A stretch of DNA of 42,101 bases, from assembly GCF_001194135.2 (NCBI RefSeq), contig NC_068985.1, positions 30,961,396 through 31,003,496 on the forward strand, given 5' to 3'. A model generated the notes under the pieces. That model made no database searches and was not told the DNA's origin. It saw only the letters and a list, made by a program, of their open reading frames with translations. Position 1 is the first letter of the stretch. The number at the start of each line of letters is the position of its first letter. This DNA comes from Octopus bimaculoides. Lineage: Eukaryota. Made by a program: the position numbers and the translations under genes. Below are positions 24,696-37,207 of this stretch, one piece after another.

Positions 24696-25310
24696 AACGC
24701 ATATACACAAATACTCATACACACACATATACATGCACATATGTATATACACATACACACATCATATCTACACCCACATATATGAACACACACCACACCT
24801 GTTTGTGTATATGTAAATTTAAAATGATGACTGCATAGTGAAGAATGTGTAGGCATAAGTGTATGGTGAAGGAGTTCGCTTTCAGTCAGATGGTTCTGAG
24901 TTCAGTCTCAATGTGTGGCACACTGGATATCATCTTCTGTAAACCTGAGTTGAATTTTGGCAGGAAGTTTTCATGATGATCAATATAAAACAGGGAATTT
25001 GTATCATAAAACCTGGTGATGTTGAACCAGGTGTGATGTTGAGTATGATGTTGAGCTCCTATTAACAGTGGATTGAGCAGTGTCTTTGTTGACTGTTAAA
25101 GAGGATATCCAATCTCTAATGAAATACTAACACAGGATTGAAATTAATTTTGCTGACCCCCTCTTTTTCTGTCCCCAAAACAAGAATTTATATTTGTCTG
25201 TTACAAACAATGTTGGTTAAGATTTACAAATATATTCTGTAGTACAGTATAACACTTTTAAAATTGTTTACTAAACCAGACATACATATTTATACATACA
25301 CATGCTCTGG

Positions 25311-25357
<47 letters not shown>

Positions 25358-25358
<1 letters not shown>

Positions 25359-25470
25359 AGGTCAGTGGTATGTAAAAAACATCCACTACACTCTCAGAGT
25401 GGTTGGCATTAGGAAGGGCATCCAGCTGTAGAAACCTTGCCAAATCAGATCAGAACCTAATGCAGCTCCC
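25358..25470 (+). mobile_element. RTE LINE 3' UTR fragment lacking its tail, abutting a PLE
   Basis: cactacactctcagagtggttggcattaggaagggcatccagctgtagaaac, matching the other RTE 3' ends. Confidence 0.7.
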
Positions 25471-26525
25471 CAGGGGTGCTCTGCGAACCAGTCAGCCAAG
25501 TGACATCCTGTTTGACGGATGTACAGAGAAGGACAGAAGGAACAGGAGATGCAGTGAATGACGTCGCTAGAAGTGCAGGTAAAAGGGTCAGTGATATGAT
25601 AGGGATGATGATGGGTGCCTGTGAGGATGGTGGTGTTGGAGAGGTAGGGGCAAGTGTGGCAGCGTTGGCAGGAGCAGGGGAACAAGCCAGGTTCGGAGGT
25701 GGGATTAGGGAAAAAACTGTGGACCACGAGGTCATGTAGGTTGTGGGCTCATTTGAAAGATGTGCAAAGTGGAGGGGTCGGACTGGAGTTGCCAGAAAGC
25801 TCAGAGAATGGTGCATTGGAAGGGCAGGGTGGAGGGGTGGTAGGTGAGAGGAAACAGGAGATGGTAACAGTGGGGCAGGTGCGAGGAGAGAGAGCAGAGG
25901 CACAGTGCATGGAACGTGTTCTGGCAAAGAGCGGTGTGGATAGTGGTGAGGGCATACCACGAAGGATGAAGTGGCAAGCTATGAGTTGGGACTGAGTCTC
26001 ATGGTTGTCACTGCAGAGCCTGCACAGATGGAGGAATTGGGAGTAGGGGATGGAGGGCTTGGTGTGGGTAGAGTGGGAGGAGGAGAAGTTGAGGTATGAC
26101 TGTGAGTCGGTGTGTTTGTAGTAGATGGAGGTAGTGAGAACACAGTTGTGTATGTTGACCAAAATGTCAAGAATGGCGACATAAGTGTTGGAAACAGTGC
26201 AGGAGAATTTGAGGGTAGGATGGAAGGATTGGACAAAAGAGAGGAAGAAGTCTAGTTGCTCACAGGAGAGCGAAGTCACACCGATAGAATCATCAATATA
26301 ACAACCGTAAATTTCGGAAGTGGGACCAGTGAATCTTGAAAATATTTAGGCCTCAATGTAGCCAACGAACAGGTTTGCATAGTTGGGGCCCATTCTCATT
26401 TCCATGGCCACTCTCAAGACCTGCTGGTAAAACTCCCCCACAAACAAGAAGCCGTTGAAGGAGAGAACAAGTTCGGCCAGACAAAGAAATGTGGATGTGT
26501 CAGGTTGGGGGATGCAGGAGCCCTG
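25470..26525 (-). mobile_element. Penelope-like element fragment (RT C-half plus GIY-YIG endonuclease), Neptune-like, inactive
   Basis: RT: VAMEMRMGPNYANLFVG...GCYIDD...FHPTLKFSC...SIYYKHTDSQSYLNFSSSH...SIPYSQFL. Linker PCSCQRCHTC (CxxC-type). GIY-YIG-like VIHCISCSFCPSLYIRQTG...FAEH. Stops and frameshifts present. Clade name is inference. Confidence 0.88.
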
Positions 26526-26526
26526 C

Positions 26527-26687
26527 CTTGAAGGGTTTTAGCCAAACAAATCAACCCCCAGGACTTATTTTTTTATTCTACCAGTCTTTTTGCTGAACCA
26601 CTAAGTTACGGTGACATAAACACATCAATACCAGTTGTCAAGTGGTGATGGGGGGACAAACACAGACACAACGACACACACACACAG

Positions 26688-26729
<42 letters not shown>

Positions 26730-26855
26730 GATGGGCTACTTCCAGTTTCCGTCTACCAAATCAGAAGGCTTTCAGTGCGAGGCTATAGTAGAAGACACTT
26801 GCCCAAGGTGCCAACGCAGTGGGAAGTGTCTTATCACGCAGCCACGCCTGCACCT
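26527..26855 (-). mobile_element. SINE, reverse copy of the 22405-22790 family
   Basis: Reverse complement matches 22405-22790 (ggctatagtagaagacacttgcccaaggtgcca; ccaggacttatt). Confidence 0.75.
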
Positions 26856-26870
26856 ATATATATATGACGA

Positions 26871-27308
26871 TAATCCTTGGATGGAATTTATAAGTATTTA
26901 ATGCATCACTATACACATTTCAACAAATCACATGTTTCTTAAGACCATAGTCCATATTCCAGGGATGATTACAGTGCAATCCATAGTATCCATGGGTATC
27001 GGGTTGATCATCTTCATGGATTCATCTCTTCAGTCAATATAACATTAACAGATGTACAACAGAGAGATTCTTATCCCTTTTCACTCTGTCAACCTTCATA
27101 CCAGTCAAAATAGATAAGCATCTTTTTGTTGTACACCCATTAATGTTATATTGCCTGAAGAAATGAATCCATAAAGATGATCAACCTGATGCCCACAGAC
27201 TGCACTGTAATCATCCCCAGAATATGGACTATGGTCTTAAGAGACAAGTAATTTGTGGGATCATGTGTTGCAATGCATTAAATGTTTATAAATTCCATAC
27301 AAGGGTTA
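26871..27308. mobile_element. Fold-back MITE with ~200-bp inverted arms and piggyBac-like termini
   Basis: Left arm 26871-~27075 is the reverse complement of ~27113-27308 (e.g. tcttaagaccatagtccatattc / gaatatggactatggtcttaaga), ~37-nt spacer. Ends resemble (T)TAACCCTT...AAGGGTTA(A). Confidence 0.75.
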
Positions 27309-27514
27309 GTATTGTTATTATTATATTTATCCTACATTATATCAGTACAACTCAATGCAACCTCCAAAAACTGGTTCACCAGTCAGCATCATTAGACTGT
27401 GACTGGCATAATGGAACAGGCATTTTATTTGCATATTAAAATGTTTTCTGTAAACAAATTTGTGTGTGTGTGTGTGTGTGTGTGTACATGTATATGTGCA
27501 TGTGNNNNNNNNNN

Positions 27515-27570
<56 letters not shown>

Positions 27571-28137
27571 TATCTACATGTATATTTACACAAACACACA
27601 GTAACCCTGGACTAGTAATTTCCTTTGACTCAGTTTCTTAAGAGAAATATATACAAAAAAAAAAACGGTGGTGACTAGAACACATAGGTTCCTGATCTTG
27701 AAACAACTTTGAAATTATTTAATTATGGGTGTAGATGTCTGTTAACATCTTTATTTCATTTGAAGATACTAATGAGCATGTAGGCTGAGTTGAAAGGCCA
27801 CAAGGCAACCCATCTAAGAGACTAGTGGTTGGTGTAACCTGTTGCCATTGCCAAACCACTTAACTCCTAAAGGTCCAGGTTTCTTAGCAACAAGTAGATG
27901 ATGCAAGATGGCATCATTCACCACCATAAGCACTAGAAATACAGTTGCTGCTGCTGATGACGATGTTTTTGTTGCTGGTGTGATTATTTCATTTCAGGTT
28001 AACCCTAATTGAAGAGATCTACAATTAAAAGCATTCCAACAATGGCCATCCAATCCAGATATGTTAGACAACATGATCTAATGTCTCCCTCTCCAAGAAG
28101 ATGGTGTATGCTTAGCAAGCTGAATGAACATATAGAG

Positions 28138-28461
28138 CAGTGATTCTCAACCAGGGTCCATATGGCCCTTGAAGGGGTCCATGTAATAAAATAGGGGGAT
28201 CCACAATAATATTTTAAGGTCCCCTGAAAACATTTTGCTTTAGATTTATGTATTGGTATGTATTGCAAGAAACAGCCAGGTTTCTTTCTCTAACATTTTA
28301 CATAGTTCAACCTACACAAGTTAATATACAAAAAATCAAAATAGGAATTTTGAAAGAAGTATCTATAAAAATAGTTTTTAAACATCGACTGGTTATGGGG
28401 GTCTACCAGAATAAAATAGTAAACAAAAGGATCCATAGATAAAAAATGGTTGAGAGCACCT
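28138..28461. mobile_element. hAT (Charlie-type) MITE
   Basis: Termini CAGTGATTCTCAACC ... GGTTGAGAGCACCT, imperfect 8-bp flanks atatagag / tcatagag. Confidence 0.7.
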
Positions 28462-28626
28462 CATAGAGGCTTCTTTATTGACAGGTATTACATTTTCTTG
28501 CCAAACAGTAAACTTCTGTCTAAAGAAAAAGTTACTACAAGAATCTGAGGTGCCATCTAGAAGCCTATTTGTTTCTCATCTGCTTAAGGTCATCCCCATC
28601 AAATTATCAGTGGTGGTGGTGGTGGA

Positions 28627-28667
<41 letters not shown>

Positions 28668-29513
28668 ATAGTATAAGTTCATTGTCCAAATAACTCGATT
28701 GCTCCCATGATTGTGATGTGTAAGAACTTCACTCTGGAAAACATTTAACACCAAATTGTGATGCACAAAATTCTTCCTGTTGTTCACTTGCATTACCTTT
28801 TTTCTTTCTTCATATCAGAATCATTAATCCTAAAATAAATATCTTACAGTATTTAATTTCATCTCCTTACATTCTGATCCCCAGCAGTCAGAGGATTGAC
28901 TATACCATTTTTTCTTTCTTTACTACCTAAAGCCAATAAAATGAGTACTAATTATACACAAGAGATGATTTCATTAACCCTTCTATCATCACTACAAAAA
29001 TTATCCTTGACAAACCAAATAAGATATATAAAAAAAAATATCTTAATCATATTCAGATGTACAAAATCATATTTTCATTTCACAACAGTGAAATTAGGTT
29101 AGACTAGAGAAAGGATGGCTTACACTGAATGTGATAAACTATTCTGAAAAGATATTTGAGAAAGACTTAGTGATAATAGGTTTTCTTTCTAAAAGAACAG
29201 AAAAGAACAGGAAATAAATGGGATCTTTATGGAAAATTGAAACTTAGTATTCCCTTGAGTCAAGTGATAGCATAATAAAAACTAAGCTAATCATAAAATG
29301 AAATAGACAAAAAATATATGACAAGTTTACTTTGGAAAGGTACTAAATAGCTCTCTGATGAAAGATATCTGCTAATGGTAACCATCTGTAGCCATTAAAT
29401 GTCCACCAAGCTGATCAGAAACATACAAAGAGCGAAAAACTTGTGGACAAAGGAACTGCCACAAACATGGCATTTTTTACTTTTTCTGAATGGAACTTTT
29501 CTGGTAATATGTA

Positions 29514-31480
29514 TGTTGCGGAAGAACTAAAAAGTGGACTGACTCATTATTATAGAGTAAAGAACTGTGAGCGATTGGCAGTTCGAGTTGGTTGGCAGTT
29601 CCCTGTGAACTTTTGATATAGAATGTTGAGTCTCATGTAATAGTAATAGTAGTGCACCATGTATATACTTTCTTCTACTTGCTTTGTTATATTATATATC
29701 CAATACGAGGATATATAAGTGGCAATGAGTTGTTTGAAGATTAGGTTGGATGTTTAAAAAAATTATTTTGTTGTGTGAAACCAAAGAAAAAATCGTTTTA
29801 ACATGGAGAATTTATTGGCCTCCATGATGCAGTTGTAACAGCAACAGCAGCAGCAACAACAGCAGTGACAGTAGCAGCAGGAACAAAAACAGCAACAACA
29901 ACAAAACCAACAGTTGCTGGAATTAATGTTCAAGAAGTCTGAAAATACTTCAGATTTATACTTGCCAGATAGCATGGCAAACTCAATTGGAGAATTCCAA
30001 TACAAACCAGAAGGTATTACCTTCTCTGCATTCTGCATATTTTCGTAGATATGAAGAAATCATGATAGAAGAGTGTAAAAGTTGACCCGATGAGAAAAAA
30101 GTACGATTACTTTTAGAAAAGTTATTCCCTGCCGGACATGAAAAATATAGTAATTATATTCTGCCAAAGAAGCCAGGTGAGATTTGTTTCGATGAAACGA
30201 TTAATATCTTATCAAAAATTTTCAGCGAAAGAAGCTCCCTCATTGGCAATGTTTAAATTTGATCAAAAAAAATGATGAAGATTTAGTCACTTATGCCGAA
30301 ATGGTCAACAGAGAGCGTGAGAAATTCAAATTGAATGAGTTGACCCTGGACATGTTCAAGTCTTTAAATTTTGTTCAAGGGCTTACTGTAAGCAAAGATG
30401 CAGATATACATTCCCGGATATCAACAAAATTAGAACAGGACCAAAATTTAACTGTACAGGCAGTAGCAGAAGGATGCCAGAGGATTAGTAATCTACAACA
30501 TGACGCAAATAAAATTGAAGAGAAAGATTGTTCTCAGATTCAAGCGAGTCAACTGGTAACAAATAAGAAAATAGACCAAAATATGTCAAGACCGAATCCA
30601 TGTTATGGCTGCAGTGGTCTACATTTTAAAAATAACTGTCTGTTTAAAAATATAAAACGCTTCAAGTGTGGTAAAATACACTATAAAAGGTCACATTGTA
30701 GGACAAACCCTAAAAAACGGTTCAATAGAAAAAATCACATAAACGAATTATCAGTGACAAAAAATACAAATGAGCCTCAAAGAAAATTTGGATATGTAAA
30801 AATTGATAACACAAACGTAAAGTTACACTTGGTTACAGGCAGCGACATCTCAATAATTAACACAGATACGTGGAAAAAGATGGGGGGGGGCGCTAAATTA
30901 AATGAAACCTCAAAAACTGCCTGTGATGTTTCAGGAAAAAATTATATTTTAAGGGCAAATTGATAAGTAACATTACATTTCGTGAAAAATCTTTAAAGGC
31001 TAAAGTTTTTGTGCCAAATAATACAACAAACTTGTGTGGTACTGATTAGATGGAATTCTTTAATTTATGGGATCACTCCATAAATTCTGTAAAAACGTAA
31101 ATGGTTTTGCCTCAGGTACAAATAAGTTGTCAGATGAATTAAAAAAAATTTTTTTATATTTTTCCTGAGGTGGTGTCCGGTGAATTAGGTCTGTGTACCA
31201 AAACGAAGCCATGGTTTCAAATACAAGAAAACATTGTCATCGAACATATCACTACTTCGCCATATCATCCTAGGTCAAATAGTCAAGCATAGAATTTTGT
31301 TGACACTTTCAAGAGGGCATTGGAAAAGGTGAACAATGAAGGTATGGACAACCTTGCACTGCAACAATTTCTAAGTATGTACTGAGTAACATCTAATCTG
31401 AATACACCATCAGGAATGTCACCCGCAGAATTGATGTTTGCTAGAAAGGTCAGATCCATTTTTGAAAAGCTGATACCAGT
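29514..31480 (+). mobile_element. Internally deleted Ty3/Gypsy LTR retrotransposon (putative 5' LTR, gag, protease, integrase tail)
   Basis: Putative LTR starting TGTTGCG (29514-~29717), PBS-like TGGCAATGAG (29720-29729), gag from ATG 29803 with poly-Q. ORF 30259-30963 has EDLVTYAEMVNRE..FKL, CYGC/FKCG knuckle remnants and protease LVTGSDISII. Integrase remnant HITTSPYHPRSN...MSPAELMFARKVRS at ~31242-31478. No RT/RNase H and no 3' LTR seen. Confidence 0.85.
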
Positions 31481-31484
31481 GCTA

Positions 31485-32050
31485 GGACAATTCGTCCCCA
31501 GTTATTTCATCATCAGTTAATTTGTCCTCGGTCAATTTGTTGTTGATCAATTCATCCCCAGGTCAATTTGTCCCAAAATACTCTTAAAAGTGATTTTTGA
31601 GGGAAAGTTTAAAACAATTACTTTAGAATTAAAATTGTCATTAGACAGTTTTAGATATTTTTTCCTGTCTTTAAACCCCCTCTCCCCACTCTTAAGTATC
31701 TGTACTGGACAGTTTACAAACAAAGATTTTCAAGCAAATCAAATCAAATTTATTCAATATGCCTACCCAACAACATGACTACCTACCTGCAAGAGAAAAG
31801 GAAAAATCAAAGTAGTTGATCAAGAAAATTATATGTACACAAAAAATAAGCAGAATGCAGATGGATTGAAGATATACTGGAGGTGTGAAAATCATGTGCG
31901 CAAGGCGAGACTTCATACAGATGAAAATTGTAAAGAGCTTTAGAAGATTGTGGTCCATGATCACGCTTCAACTGCTGCAGAGGTAAATACAAAGATAATA
32001 GTTTCAAATATTAAAGTAAAGTCTATTTCATCTCATGATGCCCCACCTCA
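31485..32050 (+). mobile_element. Mutator-like (MULE) transposon 5' fragment with FLYWCH domain
   Basis: Terminal array of ~15-bp units (ggacaattcgtcccc variants, 31485-31575). Frame KRKGKIKVVDQENYMYTKNK...KIYWRCENH..KARLHT...HDH is a FLYWCH zinc-finger pattern, with a stop. Confidence 0.7.
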
Positions 32051-32544
32051 GAATGTAATGGCAGTGGAAATACCACTAAGCATTTCGCCCGGTATGCTAA
32101 CATTTCTGTCAGCTCGTCGCCTTTGCTAGGACAATATCTCTGTTTGATGCACTTTGTAGAAATGGATATCTGACGAGTGTGCACTACACCTCTGTACTAT
32201 AGGTGTAACAGCCAGAAACTGAAGTAGTCTACCATGCAGTAATTTTCATGTATGCACAGAAAGGGTGGCGACACTTCCCAAAGGATTTTGCCCATGCAAC
32301 ATTAGTTTTACAGGAAAATATAGTCAGGTACTTTTTGAAAGCACCTTGAATATGGTGGGGTGCATATGCATGTGTGTGTGTGTGTGTGTGTGTGTGTTAG
32401 TGCATATATACTTGTGTTTCCTTGTTTTGACATTGCACGACAGATGTAATATGATTGTCACTGTCATACAAGCAGTGTCATTCATTTCCAATATTCTTCA
32501 AGAACATAGTTGGCCTTGGGGGAGAATTACCTGACTTAGGAAGA

Positions 32545-32682
32545 GGTGAGGGTTTGCAACAAGAAAAGCATCCAGCCATAGAAAATCTGCTTCAATACAC
32601 TCCATCTGATTCATGCAAGCATGGAGAAGTACAGGCTAATATGATGATGACGGCGGTGGTGATGGTGATGATGATGATGATG
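32545..32682 (+). mobile_element. Diverged RTE-like 3' end with GAT-rich tail
   Basis: aagaaaagcatccagccatagaaa...catgcaagcatggagaag...gatgatg resembles the RTE 3' ends elsewhere in the window. Confidence 0.45.
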
Positions 32683-32867
32683 AGTTCAACATCTCCCGGG
32701 CCACAATAGAAGCTATCATGCAGTAGCCCACCATTCCAAAATAAATTTAATTTAAATTTGTTGGTACATAACCTAATGTATCTATGATGATAGGTACAAA
32801 TTAGAATTCATAGTCTGTGTACAAGAACTGTAAATTCCACATTAATTTGCCATAAATGTTCTCTCGC

Positions 32868-33182
32868 ATGCATGTTGGGCTCACAATCATGAGATAGTGA
32901 GTTCAATTCCTGGACCAGGCTGTGTGTTGTGTTCTTAAGCAAGACATTTTATTTCACGTTGCTCCAGTTTGCTCAGCTGTAGAAATGAGTTGCGATGTCA
33001 CTGGCACCAAGCTGTATTGGCCTTTACCTTTCCCTTGGATAACATTGGTGGCATGGAGAGGAGAGGCTGGTATGCATGGGCAACTGCTGGTCATCCATAA
33101 AACAACCTTGCCCAGACTTGTGCCTTGGAGGGTAACTTTCTAGGTGCAATCCCATGTACATTCATGACCAAAGGGAGTCTTT
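32868..33182 (+). mobile_element. tRNA-type SINE (family of 17752-17925), longer copy
   Basis: B-box-like GAGTTCAATTCC, core ttgctccagtttgctcagctgta. Its tail (gaccaaagggagtcttt) also occurs reversed at ~8396-8415. Confidence 0.65.
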
Positions 33183-34566
33183 ATTGCTTGTAAGAAGATT
33201 GAAATAATGCAAAGTTTTAATTGATTTATTAAAAAAAATTTTCCCTTGTATTTTCTGATATGATGAATGAAATAACAGTGATAGCAGTAGAGCCTTTTGG
33301 TGGTGGTGACAGTGTGGTGATGGTGTGGTGTTCTTGATGAAGAGAATGCATGCAAAGACAGTGCTAATGATTTTTTTTGTTAACAGTAGCTGTGTGATGT
33401 TCTTTAGCTCCAGGTCAACCCTGATCTAGCAAACCTATGATTAATGGCATTTTAGCTGTGACTATCTCGTTACTTCTTTTAGCATCTAGAACAACATTAT
33501 GCAATGTGTTCTTGATGTTTTTAATACATTTTGATTTGATAGACTTGGCTGTTATTTCTAGCAAGTTGAGTGATAGTAATGGTGGTGTTGATATTGATAT
33601 TGTTCTTAGTACTGTTGTTGTTGTTGTTGATGTAGATTCTTATTTCTCATGAATCTAGTATTGCTTTGAAACTCATTTTTGAATTTTTATTCTTATTTTA
33701 TTCTTATTTTATCTTATTTATTCAAAGTTATTTCCTTTTTATCCTGACAATATCATTTCCTGAGAAAAATGAAAATACTATTTTCACATTTAATTTTTTT
33801 ATTTTTTATTATTTTTTTTTTTCTCCATCCTCAATAGTTTCAGTTTTCACTCCAAGAATTGCATTTTCAATCCCTATATGAAAAAAGACAAAAAGAAAAA
33901 AAAGAAAAAGCATCCCTAAAACCAAAACCAAGAAGTAAAACAAAAAAAAATCTCCAAACAAAAAGTAGACTATTCACTTAACTGTTCCCTTGTGAGGTTT
34001 CAAATCTTACAGCTTCAGCAAATCTATTCCAGATAGCCTTCACTTTACAGTTTCTCTATTTCTATATTTCTATATTTCTTTTAGTTCACCAAAACCCACC
34101 AAGCAACACCCCTTGTCCACCCCAGTCATTGATGTGTCTCTTATCCATACTTTTGCACACATTCTGATTAGATCGGACTTATTAATTCATCTCCACCCTA
34201 TTCCTAACCCAGGATGTTGGGAAGTGTATTATTCTAACCAGTTCCCTCACGCACACACATACACACAACTAGTCACATGCTTTATACAAACAAGGGATAC
34301 TTTCATTCGTATAGCAACAACAACAACAACATCAGCAACAGCAACAACAAAACCATATGTTGCTAAAACAACCCACCCTCACCACCAATAGCAACACCCA
34401 TCACCACTGCTAAACACTGGATATTATCATTGTATCATGCCATGTATGTCCTGAAAAAATATTAGCACAAAAAGAAATGGAAAAAAAGTAAAAGCAAAAA
34501 ACAGGATGTACAATTCAAAAACTGGGACCCAAAATATATTTGGAGAGAGAGAGAGAGAGAGAGAGA

Positions 34567-34605
<39 letters not shown>

Positions 34606-34649
34606 TTGCATATACATACAAATACATGTGTATATGTTTGTGCAGATAT

Positions 34650-34694
<45 letters not shown>

Positions 34695-35504
34695 CACTAG
34701 CANNNNNNNNNNNNNNNNNNNNNNNNNNNNNNNNNNNNNNNNNNNNNNNNNNNNNNNNNNNNNNNNNNNNNNNNNNNNNNNNNNNNNNNNNNNNNNNNNN
34801 NNNNNNNNNNNNNNNNNNNNNNNNNNNNNNNNNNNNNNNNNNNNNNNNNNNNNNNNNNNNNNNNNNNNNNNNNNNNNNNNNNNNNNNNNNNNNNNNNNNN
34901 NNNNNNNNNNNNNNNNNNNNNNNNNNNNNNNNNNNNNNNNNNNNNNNNNNNNNNNNNNNNNNNNNNNNNNNNNNNNNNNNNNNNNNNNNNNNNNNNNNNN
35001 NNNNNNNNNNNNNNNNNNNNNNNNNNNNNTGTTGTTGACAAACCACAGCGGTAATTGTTTTCACCTCAATAGACGTCAGTGATTGGTTGAAATTACCGAA
35101 ATACGACAATTTTTAACATGAAACAACTTCGAATATAAAAATTTTTCTCTGTTCTATAAGACAAAATATACAAGTATACAAAGTTTTAAAGTGTTTCGGT
35201 AGAAAACACACTAAATAAAAACTAAATAAAAAATGGTGTCCGCCAAATCAGAAAGATCCTATCAGTGTGTTTTGCCAAACGGCTAAGTTATGGGGATATA
35301 AACACAGCAACATCAGTTGTTAAATGATGGTGGGGGTACAAACACACACACACACACACACACACAAATATACACATATATACAACTGTTGTCTTTCAAT
35401 TTCCATGTATGAAATCCATTCACAAGGCTTTGGTGGACCTGAGACTATATATTTATACATATATATAAATATATATGCATATATACATACATTTAAATAT
35501 ATAG

Positions 35505-37207
35505 ACGCCATTATGAAAGGTTGCTAAATGAAGAGAACGAATGGGAGAAAGAGAGTCTGCTGAATGCCAACCCAACAGAGGGACCAGCTATCCGAATTGA
35601 CAGTACCTTGGTAGATAAAGCAATTAAGAGTATGAAGACAGGGAAACCCCACCGGCCCATCAGGAATCACCACAGAGATGCTTAAAATATCTGGCAGTGT
35701 CGGCTATAGCCTAGTCACCTGTATAGTCAATCAGGTGATACATGAAGGAGTCATACCCAATGACTAGTGTAGCAGCACCATAGTCAACTGCTACAAAAGT
35801 AAAGGTGACGCTTTAGATACAAATAATTACAGAGGTATCAAGTTGTTGGACCAAGTAATGAAAGTCCAACTAATTAGGGAGCGAGTCAGTTTAGATGAGA
35901 TGCAGTTTGGGTTTGTGCCAAGGAAAAGCACAACTGATTTCTGGTAAGACAGCTACAAGAGAAATACCTAGCCAAAGATAAACCTCTGTACCTGGCTTTC
36001 ATTGGAGAAAGTCTTTTGTGGAGTAAGCCTTTCGTGGAGAAAGCCTTTCGTGGAGAAAGCCTTTCGTGGAGAAAGCCTTTCGTGGAGAAAGCCTTTCGTG
36101 GAGAAAGCCTTTGACAGGGTCCCCCGATCCCTTATCTGGTGATCAATGAGGAAACTAGGGATAGATGAATGGTTAGTGGGAGCTGTGCAAGCCATGTACA
36201 GGGATGCTGTCAGTAAGGTGAGGGTTGGCAACAAGTACAGTGAAGAATTCTGAATAGGGGTAGGGGTCCATCAAGGATAAGTCCTCAGCCCCCTCTCATT
36301 CATCATAGTCCTCCAGGCAATAACAGAGGAATTCAAGACAGGATGCCCCTGGGAGCTTGCAAGGAATGAAGCCAGTATGCTCCACTGGATGTGTAATGTC
36401 AGTGTGCTCATATGACAGAGTGTAAGCACCCTGAGATAGAAATTGGACTTAAGAAGCATCAGATGTGGTGTGCAAGAGAGACAATTGTACTGGTATAGTC
36501 ATGTGTTGCGAATGGATGAGGACAGCTGTGTGAAAATGTGTCACACCAAAGCAGTTGAGGGAACTTGTGGAAGAGGTAGACCCAGGAAGACTTGGGATGA
36601 CGTGGTGAAGCATGACCTTCAAACATTGGGCCTCACCAAGGTAATGACAAGTGACCGAGACCTTTGGAGATATGCTGTGCTTGAAAAGACCCAGAAAGTC
36701 AAGTGAGACCGTAACCGTGGCATATGCCAGTGCAGCATAACCAGCTCATTTAAGAGTACCCTTCAATCATTGGACAATAAACTACACTTGTGAAGACTTG
36801 TTGAGGCAAGTGAAATCGTTGTCGTGGAATCGTTGCCAGTGGAAAGTTAAAAGCACCATTCAAGCGTGATCATTGCCAGGGCCGCTGAGTGACTCCCATG
36901 CTGGTGGCACGTAAAAAGCACCATTTGAGCATGATCGCTGCCAGACTGGCTCCAGTGCAGGTGGCATGTAAAAAGCACCATTTGAGCATGGTCAATGCCG
37001 GTACCGTCTGACTGACCCTCGTCCCAGTGGCATGTAAAAGCACCCACTACACTCTCGGAGTGGTTGGCGTTAGGAAGGGCATCCAGCTGTAGAAACTTTG
37101 CCAGATCAGATTGGAGCCTGGTGCAACCTTCTGGCTTGCCAGCCCTCAGTCAAACCATCCAACCCATGCCAGCATGGAAAGCGGACGTTAAACGATGATG
37201 ATGATGA
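35505..37207 (+). mobile_element. 5'-truncated, internally deleted RTE LINE (RT, ORF end, 3' UTR with ~60-bp tandem units, (GAT)n tail)
   Basis: HYERLLNEEN..KAIKSMKTGK..GPSGIT.EML..NYRGIKLL..EKAFDRVP..GVHQG. The YADD region is deleted at ~36357. C-terminal GRGRPRKTW motif in ORF 36443-36706. Stops and frameshifts present. Confidence 0.92.
36000..36114 (+). repeat. 16-bp minisatellite (TTCGTGGAGAAAGCCT)n inside RTE RT
   Basis: About five perfect and two degenerate units directly before ttgacagggt. Confidence 0.92.

Noticed and set aside
27342-27450. Possible minus-strand exon KHFNMQIKCLFHYASHSLMMLTGEPVFGG after tttacag
   Set aside because: No convincing donor, no recognisable family and no demonstrable link to the 20271-20600 ORF.
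29763-30038. Cys-rich minus-strand ORF (CCCCFCSCCYCHCCCC)
   Set aside because: Antisense shadow of the CAG/CAA poly-Q tract in Gypsy gag, not a metallothionein.
31485-31575. Short repeat array that could look CRISPR-like (also the ~60-bp units at 36850-37040)
   Set aside because: Eukaryotic context, degenerate repeats, no unique spacers of regular length and no cas genes. Both are internal repeats of transposons.
34695-35265. Possible Helitron/HINE-like repeat (actagca... across a gap)
   Set aside because: Mostly hidden by a 327-N gap, so the diagnostic termini cannot be shown.
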